Positions 1 through 11,152 of a DNA stretch of 61,011 nucleotides are shown here, piece after piece; position 1 is the stretch's first letter, and every line of letters begins with the position of its first letter. Below the pieces are notes generated by a model that did no database searches, was not told where the DNA came from, and saw only the letters and a program-made list of their open reading frames with translations. Source of the stretch: an uncultured Lachnospiraceae bacterium (GTDB taxonomy: Bacteria; Bacillota; Clostridia; Lachnospirales; Lachnospiraceae); contig CADARM010000003.1 of NCBI GenBank assembly GCA_902790275.1, positions 1 through 61,011 of the forward strand, in the 5' to 3' direction. The translations under genes were made by a program, and so were the position numbers.

Positions 1-1359
1 GAGTAATTCCTTATGCTCGTTCTCAAGCTTTTCTCTTTCCAATCCGGTAAGAGTCTTAAGTCTCATATCGACGATAGCCTGGGACTGTGCATCGGAAAGT
101 TCGAATCTCTCGATCAGTCTCTGCTTTGCTTCCTGAGTATTTGCACTGGATCTGATGATATTGATCACTTCGTCGATATTATCGAGTGCGATAAGGAGAC
201 CCTGTAAAATGTGATCTCTTTCTTCGGCTTTGTTAAGATCGTATTTTGTTCTTCTTGTAACAACTTCCTTCTGATGATCGAGGTAATGCTCAAGCATTTC
301 AAGGATATTAAGAACCTTGGGCTCGTTGTTAACAAGAGCAAGCATGATAACACCGAAAGTATCCTGGAGCTGTGTATGCTTGAAAAGATTGTTAAGCATG
401 ATGTTGGGGTTAACATCTTTTCTGAGTTCTATTACAACTCTCATACCTTCACGGTTTGTCTCATCGCGAAGATCCGTGATACCGTCGAGTTTTTTATCTT
501 TTACAAGCTCGGCTATCTTTTCGATAAGTCTTGCTTTATTTACCATGTAAGGAAGTTCGGTAACGATGATCCTGTTCTTTCCGTTGGGAAGAGCTTCGAT
601 ATCAGTTACGGCACGAACTCTGATCTTTCCGCGGCCTGTTCTGTATGCTTCTTCGATACCTCTTGTACCAAGGATCATTGCTCCCGTAGGGAAGTCCGGT
701 CCTTTGATTATATCTATGATCTCATCGATATCGGTCTTTCTGTCTTCTTCAACCTGGTTGTCGATGATCTTTACAACGGCATCGACAGTCTCACGAAGGT
801 TGTGAGGAGGAATATTGGTAGCCATACCTACGGCGATACCTGTTGTTCCGTTTACAAGAAGGTTGGGATATCTGGAAGGAAGAACGGTAGGTTCTTTTTC
901 GGTCTCATCAAAGTTGGGAACGAAATCAACCGTATCTTTATAGATATCCGCAAGAAGTTCCATCGAGATCTTGGAAAGTCTTGCTTCCGTATAACGCATC
1001 GCAGCTGCACCGTCGCCGTCGACCGAACCGAAGTTTCCGTGTCCGTCTACCAAAGGTGCTCTCATTGACCAGTCCTGAGCCATGTTTACCAAAGCGCCGT
1101 AGATCGACGAGTCGCCGTGAGGGTGATATTTACCCATTGTATCACCGACGATACGGGCCGACTTACGATGAGGCTTATCCGGTCCGTTGTTGAGTTCTAC
1201 CATTGAGTAAAGAACTCTTCTCTGAACAGGCTTAAGACCGTCTCTGACATCGGGAAGCGCACGCGCAGCGATTACGCTCATCGCATAATCGATATAGCAG
1301 TCTTCCATCGTCTTTTTAAGGTCAACTTCTTCAATTTTGTCAAATATTGTATCTTCCAT
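1..1359 (-). CDS. gyrA: DNA gyrase subunit A, N-terminal part (runs off the window edge)
   Basis: Translated by hand from ATG at 1359 (GGAGG RBS upstream): [48 protein letters not shown]...[26 protein letters not shown]...[21 protein letters not shown]; follows gyrB. Absent from the ORF track because no stop lies in the window. Confidence 0.98.
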   Translation of the reverse strand, partial: MEDTIFDKIEEVDLKKTMEDCYIDYAMSVIAARALPDVRDGLKPVQRRVLYSMVELNNGPDKPHRKSARIVGDTMGKYHPHGDSSIYGALVNMAQDWSMRAPLVDGHGNFGSVDGDGAAAMRYTEARLSKISMELLADIYKDTVDFVPNFDETEKEPTVLPSRYPNLLVNGTTGIAVGMATNIPPHNLRETVDAVVKIIDNQVEEDRKTDIDEIIDIIKGPDFPTGAMILGTRGIEEAYRTGRGKIRVRAVTDIEALPNGKNRIIVTELPYMVNKARLIEKIAELVKDKKLDGITDLRDETNREGMRVVIELRKDVNPNIMLNNLFKHTQLQDTFGVIMLALVNNEPKVLNILEMLEHYLDHQKEVVTRRTKYDLNKAEERDHILQGLLIALDNIDEVINIIRSSANTQEAKQRLIERFELSDAQSQAIVDMRLKTLTGLEREKLENEHKELL

Positions 1360-1395
1360 TTTGCCTCCGTGTTGTTAACACTTCATCATAAATAA

Positions 1396-1575
1396 TTAAT
1401 TCTTCAAAAATCTGGATATCTGGATAAACAGTATAGTTCCCAGCGATCCAAAAACCAAAACGACTATTCCGAATATTATCAGTAATTTTATCGTTTGTTT
1501 TTTATTCTTGTCGGCTATGCTCAATATAAGAGCCCAAAGCCAGAACGCAAATAACAGAAAAAGAATAATTTTCAT
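1396..1575 (-). CDS. Putative 59-aa small membrane protein between gyrB and gyrA
   Basis: Hand translation MKIILFLLFAFWLWALILSIADKNKKQTIKLLIIFGIVVLVFGSLGTILFIQISRFLKN*; two hydrophobic segments around a basic loop; ATG 3 nt after the gyrB stop (TAA TAG ATG); fills the intergenic gap. Confidence 0.6.
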   Translation of the reverse strand: MKIILFLLFAFWLWALILSIADKNKKQTIKLLIIFGIVVLVFGSLGTILFIQISRFLKN

Positions 1576-1578
1576 CTA

Positions 1579-3537
<1,959 letters not shown>

Positions 3538-3547
3538 TTATTATTTA

Positions 3548-4633
3548 TTATCCCACTACTTCAACTATTCCGTCATGTACATCAAATACTCTGTCTATCT
3601 TGAATCTTTCGTTTACAAAATCATCAAGTCCGGTACATGTAATGATAGTCTGTATATTGCTTATGCTTTCAAGAAGCATGTTCTGTCTGTTTGAATCAAG
3701 TTCCGATAAAACATCATCGAGCAAAAATATAGGATTATCGTTTGTATTTCTTTTGATTATCTCGATCTCAGCAAGTTTTAATGATAAAGCTGCTGTTCTC
3801 TGCTGACCCTGAGATCCGTATTTTCTGGCATCTATTCCGTTTATGTTTATTACATAATCGTCTCTGTGAGGACCACATGATGTCATTTTACTCTTTAAAT
3901 CTCTTTCGGCATTCTGTTTAAGAGTACTTTCTATCTTATCTTCCGGAGTATCGGGCTCATATCTTATATCAAGAAATTCCTTTTGTCCGGTAAGTTTGTA
4001 ATGTATCTCTTTAACAATGACGTTTAATTCATCAACAAATTCTTTTCTCTTTTTTATAACCTGGCTTCCGTAACTCTGAAGCTGCGAATCCCAGATAAAA
4101 AGAGTTTCTTTTAAAGCAGGTTCGAAATAAATGTCTTTTAAAAGTTTATTTCTCTGATCTATGATCTTGTTGTAATTGCTTAAATTGAAAACATAAGAAG
4201 AATCAAGTCTGCAAATCTGCATATCTATAAAAGATCTTCTGTAAGAAGGACCGCCTTTTATAATATTAAGATCTTCAGGAGAAAATAAAACTACATTAAG
4301 AATACCTATCAATTCAGAAGTTTTTTTAAGTTTTTCAAGATTAAGAGCTATGATCTTGGATTTTGATTTTCTTAAGTGTATATCTATTCTGATTTCTTCT
4401 TCTTTTTTATTTATTTTTGTTCTTAAATGACCTTCGTCACTTTCGAAATTTATAATCTCACTGTCTTTACTGCCTTTATGAGATTTTGTTGTTGAACTCA
4501 AATAAATCGCTTCCAGGATATTTGTTTTTCCCTGAGCATTTTCACCGGTTAAAATATTTGTACCTTCATCAAATTCGATACAAAGATTTTTATAATTTCT
4601 GTAATTTTCCAGTTCCAGTGATTTTATGATCAT
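3548..4633 (-). CDS. recF: DNA replication/repair protein RecF
   Basis: Walker A GENAQGKTN, GPHRDD, GSQGQQR, LLDDVLSELD; canonical position. Confidence 0.98.
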   Translation of the reverse strand: MIIKSLELENYRNYKNLCIEFDEGTNILTGENAQGKTNILEAIYLSSTTKSHKGSKDSEIINFESDEGHLRTKINKKEEEIRIDIHLRKSKSKIIALNLEKLKKTSELIGILNVVLFSPEDLNIIKGGPSYRRSFIDMQICRLDSSYVFNLSNYNKIIDQRNKLLKDIYFEPALKETLFIWDSQLQSYGSQVIKKRKEFVDELNVIVKEIHYKLTGQKEFLDIRYEPDTPEDKIESTLKQNAERDLKSKMTSCGPHRDDYVININGIDARKYGSQGQQRTAALSLKLAEIEIIKRNTNDNPIFLLDDVLSELDSNRQNMLLESISNIQTIITCTGLDDFVNERFKIDRVFDVHDGIVEVVG

Positions 4634-4666
4634 CTTGTTTCAACTTTTCTTAAAAATATCCAAAAG

Positions 4667-4876
4667 TTATATTTTATTAATAATAACTTCAGTACCGTTA
4701 TAAAAGACTTTGTCGCCTTTATATAATTTTTTTCCTCTCTGATATTCGACTTCGCCGTTGACTTTTACTTTTCCTTCCTGAATTTCAAATTTTGCATCGG
4801 CTCCGTTTTCAACCAGAGATGCAGCTTTTAAAAGCTGGCCTAATTTAATAAAATCGTCTTTTAAATAAAAATCCAT
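4667..4876 (-). CDS. yaaA: S4-domain RNA-binding protein YaaA
   Basis: FIKLGQLLK...VKVNGEVEYQRGKKL; lies between dnaN and recF. Confidence 0.92.
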   Translation of the reverse strand: MDFYLKDDFIKLGQLLKAASLVENGADAKFEIQEGKVKVNGEVEYQRGKKLYKGDKVFYNGTEVIINKI

Positions 4877-4902
4877 TTTTTTCTAAATAAATATTCTTAA
4901 AA

Positions 4903-6012
4903 TTATCCCAAAATAGGAAGAACAACGTAGTTATAAACATCTTCTTTTCTGATAAAGCAGGGGAATTTCTTTCCAAGAAGATAAATAGATACATTTTCAT
5001 CATCTATTGCTTTTAATGCATCTATAAATAACTTGGGATTGAAGTTAATCTCAATATCATCGCCTTCTTTTGAAATCTCGATGTTTTCATTGATACTTCC
5101 GATCTGGGAAATAACACTTACATTTAAATTATTGTTTGAAATCGTAAATTTAACCGATTTTTTATCTCCGTCTTTTGCAAAAAGAGTTGTTCTGTCCAGA
5201 CATTCATATAAACTCTTTTTATTGATATCTACTTTTGTAATGTAATCTTTATATTTAAGATTTGAAGAATCAAAGAAATTACCTTCGATAAGTCTCATAA
5301 CGATAATGTTCTGATCAAATTCAAATACAACATTATCATTCATAAAATACATATCGATCATGGCATCTGTATCATCAGATATTATTTTGATAAGTTCATT
5401 AAGACTGGTACCTTTTATGATAACTCTTTCATTGATCTCATTATTGTTGATCTCAATCTGTCTTATTGCAACACGGCTCTGTTCAACAGCTTCAACTCTT
5501 AAGATACCGTCTTTAATAACAAATAATTCACCTTCAAGGATCTTATTAACAGAATTTAAAGATGTACAGAAAATAGTTCTTCTTATTATATCTTTTAAAG
5601 CATACTGACTTATTTCAAGTTTTGTATCTCTTTCGATCTCAGGAAGATCACTGAATAAATATCCCATCTTTCCGGGAATGGAAGCTTTTATATTATTGCT
5701 TTCAATAAGAACATTTATAGCATCTTCATCTTCTTTTTCATTGTAAAATACATTGATGTTTCCATCAGGGATCTTTCTGATAAGATCGGTAAGCTGTCTT
5801 GCATCTACACCAACCATACCTTCCTCAATTATCTCACCTTCAACTATTCCCTGGATCGCCATATCTTCATTATTGGCAAGAAGTCTTATATAACCTTTGG
5901 TTGCATCAATAAGAATACATCCGCTTGTATTTAAATTAGGTTTATTAGATATAGCTTTTCCTACTATTGATACAGAATTGATAAATTTTTCCTTATCGAT
6001 GGAAATTCGCAT
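4903..6012 (-). CDS. dnaN: DNA polymerase III beta sliding clamp
   Basis: 369 aa directly downstream of dnaA; RLIEGNF, INFNPKLFIDAL, terminal YVVLPI; GGAG RBS. Sequence looks divergent. Confidence 0.93.
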   Translation of the reverse strand: MRISIDKEKFINSVSIVGKAISNKPNLNTSGCILIDATKGYIRLLANNEDMAIQGIVEGEIIEEGMVGVDARQLTDLIRKIPDGNINVFYNEKEDEDAINVLIESNNIKASIPGKMGYLFSDLPEIERDTKLEISQYALKDIIRRTIFCTSLNSVNKILEGELFVIKDGILRVEAVEQSRVAIRQIEINNNEINERVIIKGTSLNELIKIISDDTDAMIDMYFMNDNVVFEFDQNIIVMRLIEGNFFDSSNLKYKDYITKVDINKKSLYECLDRTTLFAKDGDKKSVKFTISNNNLNVSVISQIGSINENIEISKEGDDIEINFNPKLFIDALKAIDDENVSIYLLGKKFPCFIRKEDVYNYVVLPILG

Positions 6013-6026
6013 TTTCCGGTCTCCTT

Positions 6027-6136
6027 AAATAAATAATTTTATATATTTTAATAAAAATAATAATAGTAGCTGTTGATATGTTGATAACTTATTAATTATA
6101 CCATAAAATAAAGGTTTTTTCTATTCAAAACTGTGT
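6027..6136. other. oriC unwinding region (dnaA-dnaN intergenic): AT-rich tract, DnaA-trios, tandem DnaA boxes
   Basis: AT-rich 6027-6060, TAA-TAA-TAG-TAG trios 6058-6069, then TGTTGATAT (6071-6079) and TGTTGATAA (6079-6087); same layout as the B. subtilis basal unwinding system. Confidence 0.85.
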
Positions 6137-7498
6137 TTATAAAGAGGTGATAGTTTTTATTAAAGAGTCGATATTTTTTTCAAAAGAAGGATCGTTTTCT
6201 ATCATTTCTCTTACTTTATTAATACCGGAAATAACAGTTGAATGATCTCTGTTAAGTTTACTTCCTATATTACTCTTTGTATCTTCGGTAAGTTTATCGC
6301 AAAGATACATGATTATCTGTCTGGGAACAGCAATATCCTTATTTCTTTTTGTGGATAAAATATCATTTATTGAAACATTATAATGTTTTGAAACTTCATC
6401 CATAATGATATCGATGTTGATAACTTTGGTCTTATTGGGATTAATGATATCTTTTAAGCTGTTTTTAGCCATTTCCAGAGTTATAACATCAGAAGAGATC
6501 CTGGATAAAGCGATAAGTTTATTGTAAGCTCCTTCAAGTTCTCTTATATTTGAACTTATATTCTCGGTAATATAAATTAAAATATCATCATTTATCTTAT
6601 TTCCGTGTTTCTGGTTTAACTGATCAAGGATAGCTTTTCTTGTTTCATAGTTAGGCGGCTGAACATCAACCTGAAGTCCCATCTGGAATCTCGTTAAATA
6701 TCTTTCATCAAGGATTTCCATATATTTGGGATGTTTATCGGAAGAAATTATTATTGATTTTCCGTTTTCATATAAAGAATTGAAAGTATGGAAAAATTCT
6801 TCCTGGGTTGCATCTTTTCCTATAATAAACTGAATATCATCTATTAAAAGAACATCGATATTTCTGTATTTTTCCCTTAAAACGGTCATGGATTCGGTAT
6901 TATCCTTTTTACCGCTTCTGATGGACTTGATAACTTCATTGGTAAAATTCTCACTGTTAACATAGAGGATCTTTAATGAAGGATTGTTTTCATTTATATA
7001 ATTACCGATCGCATGCATTAAATGAGTTTTACCGAGTCCGGAGCCTCCGTAAATATATAGAGGATTGTAGGTATTATTATCCGTACCTGCAGTTTCGGCC
7101 ACAGCAAGACATGCGCTTACGGCAAAAGAGTTATTGCCGGTAACGAAATTATCAAAAGTATATTTCTTTATTAAACTTGTATTTGAAGATTCTTTTTCGG
7201 GAATATTGTTCTGATTATTGCTTACTTCCTGAGGTTTTTCTTCATTAACTATAAAACTTACGTCATATTCGTTGTTTAAAGTCTCGGAAATGGCAATTAT
7301 AAAGATGTCTTTGTATTTATCTGTAATAAGATCAATGACATTGGCTTTATCGTTGGGTAACATTATGGTTACGGTATCATTGGTTTCACTGTAATATTCC
7401 ATCGGATCGATCCAGATCTTTACAGCTATAGGGGATATTCCGTAATCGCTTACAACCGATTTCTTGATAATATCCCATTTCTCTTGTACCGGTTTCAT
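6137..7498 (-). CDS. dnaA: Chromosomal replication initiator DnaA
   Basis: YNPLYIYGGSGLGKTHL, LLIDDIQF, QEEFFHTFN, NIRELEGA, RDHSTV; start placed at ATG 7498 behind GGAGG (7506-7510). A perfect DnaA box TGTGGATAA lies inside the CDS (6350-6358). Confidence 0.98.
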   Translation of the reverse strand: MKPVQEKWDIIKKSVVSDYGISPIAVKIWIDPMEYYSETNDTVTIMLPNDKANVIDLITDKYKDIFIIAISETLNNEYDVSFIVNEEKPQEVSNNQNNIPEKESSNTSLIKKYTFDNFVTGNNSFAVSACLAVAETAGTDNNTYNPLYIYGGSGLGKTHLMHAIGNYINENNPSLKILYVNSENFTNEVIKSIRSGKKDNTESMTVLREKYRNIDVLLIDDIQFIIGKDATQEEFFHTFNSLYENGKSIIISSDKHPKYMEILDERYLTRFQMGLQVDVQPPNYETRKAILDQLNQKHGNKINDDILIYITENISSNIRELEGAYNKLIALSRISSDVITLEMAKNSLKDIINPNKTKVINIDIIMDEVSKHYNVSINDILSTKRNKDIAVPRQIIMYLCDKLTEDTKSNIGSKLNRDHSTVISGINKVREMIENDPSFEKNIDSLIKTITSL

Positions 7499-7744
7499 AA
7501 TTAAGCCTCCTTCACTCATTCTATTATATTTAATTTGTTCCATAAAATCAAATTTTTAAGGACAAAAATAGGTTAGATTTGCTTAATTCCTTATGTTAAC
7601 TTTTTGTTAAGTTATGATACTTATAAAGGCAAAATTTGTTATTAAAAATAACTAACATGAAAAATATCGGTTTTATGGGAAAGAATAAACTTTGGATTTT
7701 TTAATAAACAGGTAAAAAACGATGAATAAACTTAAAAAATAAAG

Positions 7745-7776
7745 TTATCAACAATTTATCCACAATTAGTTGATAT
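7745..7776. promoter_or_regulatory. DnaA boxes in the dnaA-rpmH intergenic part of oriC
   Basis: TTATCAACA 7745-7753, perfect TTATCCACA 7756-7764, degenerate AGTTGATAT 7768-7776 in a very AT-rich spacer. Confidence 0.8.
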
Positions 7777-7910
7777 TTTTATGTAAATTCATTATTTTAA
7801 CTGGAAATTTTCGGATTTTCCATATCTAGTTGTATATTAAATATATATTTCTATATGTTGCATAATTAAAAAAATTCAGTTTTTTCCTATATATAAAGAG
7901 TTTTTTTTTC

Positions 7911-7939
7911 TTGACTTGAAATTTTTCTTCCTATATAAT
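7911..7939 (+). promoter_or_regulatory. sigma-A promoter of rpmH operon
   Basis: TTGACT-17 nt-TATAAT. Confidence 0.75.
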
Positions 7940-7980
7940 TTATGATGTTTTCGACGTATAGGAAATGGAGGTATGCTTTT

Positions 7981-8115
7981 ATGAAAATGACATTTCAGCC
8001 TAAGAAGAGACAAAGATCTAAAGTTCACGGCTTCAGAGCAAGAATGAGTACTCCCGGCGGAAGAAAAGTATTACAGGCTAGAAGAGCTAAGGGAAGAAAA
8101 GTTTTATCCGCATAG
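7981..8115 (+). CDS. rpmH: 50S ribosomal protein L34
   Basis: Hand translation [44 protein letters not shown]; GGAGGT RBS; below the ORF-track length cutoff. Confidence 0.99.
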   Translation: MKMTFQPKKRQRSKVHGFRARMSTPGGRKVLQARRAKGRKVLSA

Positions 8116-8126
8116 TTGAGATAGAC

Positions 8127-8153
8127 AGGCCGCATTATATGTGGCCTTTTTTT
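8127..8153 (+). terminator. Intrinsic terminator/attenuator between rpmH and rnpA
   Basis: AGGCCGCAT-tat-ATGTGGCCT stem followed by a T run. Confidence 0.65.
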
Positions 8154-8168
8154 CGCTAAGAAGAAAAT

Positions 8169-8510
8169 ATGATATTTACTGATTCTTTAAAAAGTAACCA
8201 GGATTTTGGGAATGTTTATAAGTCCGGCAGATCATATGCTAACAAATATTTGGTAATATATACGTTGAAAAACAATACGGACAGAAACAGACTTGGAATA
8301 TCGGTTAGTAAAAAAGTAGGAAACAGTGTCGTAAGACACAGAATAAAAAGACTTGTAAAAGAAAGTTACAGACTACACGAAAAAATGTTTAATAGTGGTT
8401 TAGACATTGTAGTCATCGCGCGTAAAGGATCTGACGCCTGTGACTATGCAGGTATTGAGAGCGCATTATTACATTTATTTAAATTAAACGGTACACTAGT
8501 TGGTAAATAA
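8169..8510 (+). CDS. rnpA: Ribonuclease P protein component
   Basis: RLGISVSKKVGNSVVRHRIKR motif; follows rpmH. Confidence 0.98.
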   Translation: MIFTDSLKSNQDFGNVYKSGRSYANKYLVIYTLKNNTDRNRLGISVSKKVGNSVVRHRIKRLVKESYRLHEKMFNSGLDIVVIARKGSDACDYAGIESALLHLFKLNGTLVGK

Positions 8511-8540
8511 AGGTAATTTATATACATATAGATCTAATTA

Positions 8541-8750
8541 ATGAAACAAATATTTATATTTATCATAAAGTTATATCAGAAATATTTATCACCTTTAAAA
8601 TCTACACGCTGCCCTTATTATCCGTGCTGCAGCCAGTATGGCCTTGAAGCGATTCAGAAGTACGGAGCGATAAAAGGCGGTTTTTTGGCTGCCTGGAGAA
8701 TCTTAAGATGTAATCCATTTTCGAAAGGCGGTTATGATCCTGTACCGTAA
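8541..8750 (+). CDS. yidD: Membrane protein insertion efficiency factor YidD
   Basis: YQKYLSP...[10 protein letters not shown]...[17 protein letters not shown]. Confidence 0.97.
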   Translation: MKQIFIFIIKLYQKYLSPLKSTRCPYYPCCSQYGLEAIQKYGAIKGGFLAAWRILRCNPFSKGGYDPVP

Positions 8751-8762
8751 CAGGAGGCAGAA

Positions 8763-10178
8763 TTGTACGAATTATTATTGACTAAAAATTCTACATTAAT
8801 TATCGGCCAGGTTGCCTGGGTTCTCGGTAAATTAATGGAAGGAATCTTTTTTGTTCTTGATAAGATCGCTTCCTTATATGGAGGAACACCCAATATCGGT
8901 GTTGCGATCATTATCTTCACAGTTATCATCTATCTTTTAATGTTACCCTTAACAATCAAACAGCAGAAATTCTCAAAGATGTCTGCGATCATGAATCCTG
9001 AGATCCAGGCAATTCAGGCTAAGTATAAAGGTACAAAAGATCCTGATCTTATGCAGCAGATGCAGCAGGAAACAAGTGCCGTTTACGCAAAATACGGAGT
9101 ATCACCTTCCGGCAGCTGCGTACAGTTACTTATCCAGATGCCTATCTTGTTTGCACTTTACCGTGTTATCTATGCCATTCCCGCATATGTTCCCATGGTA
9201 AAGAACGAATTCATGGGACTTGTTAATGCCATGATGGGTATTGACGGCGGTGTAATGACAGATGCCAATACTTTCAAGAATTCGGCAACATTTATCCAGA
9301 CACTTTCATCCGCAGCAGCATACAAAAAGCAGTTTAAACCTGAATTTTTAAATACTAGTACGATCTCGATCGACAATATCACTGCTAATCTTATAAGCAG
9401 TCCCGATGCTGCAGCAAATATCGAAACAACAAGAAATACATTTATCGATGTATTAAACAGAGCAAGTTCAAAGGACTGGACAGCTTTGGCAACACAGTTC
9501 CCCGATTTTTCGACACTTGTTCATAACACCAATGCAGCATTGGAAAAATATAATTCATTCCTCGGTATCAATATCGGATATTCTCCCCTTGATACCATCA
9601 AGAGTTACTGGGCAGAAAAACCCGAAGGTTGGATTCTTGTAGTTCTTGTAGCTGTAATGATACCTCTTCTTGCAGCACTTACACAGTGGATCGGTATCAA
9701 ACTTGCACCTACTGCTCAGAATCAGCAGACTCCCGGCCAGGAAGAAAACCCCATGATGTCTTCAATGAAGATGATGAACACATTCATGCCGATCATGTCA
9801 GCAGTTTTCTGTTTCTCTCTTCCCGCAGGTATGGGTATCTACTGGATCGTCGGTGCAGTAGTACGTAGTGTTCAGCAGATCGCGATCAACAAGTACATCG
9901 ACAAGATGGATGTTGATAAAGTCATCGAAAAGAACACAGCCAAGTACGAAGAAAAGCTTAAGAAAAAAGGAGTTCTCGCTCAGGGAATCAACAACAAAGC
10001 AAAGAGCAATACAAAGTATGTTAATCCCTACGCAAGAAACAACAACAATGCTTCTGCAAAGAGCAATACTCCCGCAAAGCCCGTAAACAATGCAAAGAAC
10101 GATAAGATCTCTTCATCGGGAAGCATTGCGGCAAAGGCAAGAATGGTTAAAGATTTTAACGAAAAGAATAACAAGTAA
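8763..10178 (+). CDS. yidC: Membrane protein insertase YidC/SpoIIIJ family
   Basis: TTG start behind GGAGG; LPLTIKQQK, NPEIQAIQAKY, LLIQMPILFALY, PAGMGIYW; synteny. Confidence 0.95.
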   Translation: MYELLLTKNSTLIIGQVAWVLGKLMEGIFFVLDKIASLYGGTPNIGVAIIIFTVIIYLLMLPLTIKQQKFSKMSAIMNPEIQAIQAKYKGTKDPDLMQQMQQETSAVYAKYGVSPSGSCVQLLIQMPILFALYRVIYAIPAYVPMVKNEFMGLVNAMMGIDGGVMTDANTFKNSATFIQTLSSAAAYKKQFKPEFLNTSTISIDNITANLISSPDAAANIETTRNTFIDVLNRASSKDWTALATQFPDFSTLVHNTNAALEKYNSFLGINIGYSPLDTIKSYWAEKPEGWILVVLVAVMIPLLAALTQWIGIKLAPTAQNQQTPGQEENPMMSSMKMMNTFMPIMSAVFCFSLPAGMGIYWIVGAVVRSVQQIAINKYIDKMDVDKVIEKNTAKYEEKLKKKGVLAQGINNKAKSNTKYVNPYARNNNNASAKSNTPAKPVNNAKNDKISSSGSIAAKARMVKDFNEKNNK

Positions 10179-10198
10179 TCGGAGGGTTATAGATAATC

Positions 10199-11005
10199 AT
10201 GGAATATATGGAATTCAGTGCAAAGACCGTACAGGATGCGATTACGGAAGCATGCACACATTTTGTTGTAACAAGCAGTTCACTTGAATATGAAGTAATA
10301 GAAGAGGGTTCAACAGGATTTTTAGGAATCGGTTCAAAGCCCGCTGTTATCAAGGCAAGAGCTAAGAGTGAAGAGATGGAAGAAGCTAAGGCCGTATTCA
10401 CTCAGGAAGAAGAAAAGAAAGAAGCCAAAAAAGAATTCAAGAAAGAAAAGAAAGAATTCAAAGATAACAAAAAAGAAGTAAAGAAGGAAGAAAAAGCCGA
10501 AGTTAAGAAAGAAGAGCCTGCAAAGAAACGTGAGATCAACGTTGATGCAAAAGAAGTAGAAAAGAAAGCTACTGATTTCTTAAAAGACGTTCTTTCCAAG
10601 ATGGAGATCGAGAACGAAGTTAAGGCTAAATATGATTCCGAAGAAAACTGCTTAAACATCGAGATCTCAGGTGAGGATATGGGTGTTCTTATCGGTAAGA
10701 GAGGACAGACACTCGATTCACTTCAGTACCTTGTATCACTCGTAGTTAACAAAGGAACAAAAGAATACATCAGAGTTAAAGTCGATACCGAAAACTACAG
10801 AGAGAGAAGAAACAAAACTCTCGAAAACCTCGCAAAGAACATGGCATTCAAAGTTAAGAGAACAAGAAGAAGCGTTACTCTTGAACCCATGAATCCTTAT
10901 GAGAGAAGAGTAATTCATTCGGCACTTCAGAATGATTCTTATGTAACTACTCATTCCGAAGGAGAAGAGCCTTACCGCAAGGTCGTAATTACCTTAAAGA
11001 AATAA
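10199..11005 (+). CDS. jag: RNA-binding protein Jag/EloR/KhpB (KH + R3H)
   Basis: LIGKRGQTLDSLQYL KH motif; PMNPYERRVIH R3H motif. Confidence 0.96.
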   Translation: MEYMEFSAKTVQDAITEACTHFVVTSSSLEYEVIEEGSTGFLGIGSKPAVIKARAKSEEMEEAKAVFTQEEEKKEAKKEFKKEKKEFKDNKKEVKKEEKAEVKKEEPAKKREINVDAKEVEKKATDFLKDVLSKMEIENEVKAKYDSEENCLNIEISGEDMGVLIGKRGQTLDSLQYLVSLVVNKGTKEYIRVKVDTENYRERRNKTLENLAKNMAFKVKRTRRSVTLEPMNPYERRVIHSALQNDSYVTTHSEGEEPYRKVVITLKK

Positions 11006-11010
11006 GGACT

Positions 11011-11034
11011 AAGGCTGCTGAAAGGCAGCCTTTT
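11011..11034 (+). terminator. Intrinsic terminator after jag
   Basis: AAGGCTGC-tgaaag-GCAGCCTT followed by T tract. Confidence 0.8.
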
Positions 11035-11045
11035 GTTTTCTTAAT

Positions 11046-11147
11046 GGCTTCCCCTTGAGGGCGAACGTCGTCCAGGGGACGACATGCTTGTGAGCCGACC
11101 GAGCCGGAAGGCGAGACAAGCTGTCAGCGAAGCTGACTGATGAGGTG
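11046..11147. repeat. GC-rich, multi-hairpin REP-like intergenic element
   Basis: GGCTTCCCC-ttga-GGG...AAGC, GTCGTCC-agg-GGACGAC and GTCAGC-gaa-GCTGAC-TGATGAGGTG hairpins; GC content far above the flanks; resembles short palindromic repeats recalled from Clostridiales genomes. Confidence 0.65.
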
Positions 11148-11152
11148 TAGAT

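Noticed and set aside
211-1068. 285-aa + strand ORF and other long antisense ORFs (e.g. 49476-50636, 46482-47246, 45891-46382)
   Set aside because: They lie opposite gyrA, GH13 and ftsH, lack RBSs and motifs, and are shadows of codon bias.
7499-7543. 15-aa N-terminal extension of DnaA in the ORF track
   Set aside because: GGAGG sits at proper spacing before ATG 7498; the upstream ATG has no comparable RBS.
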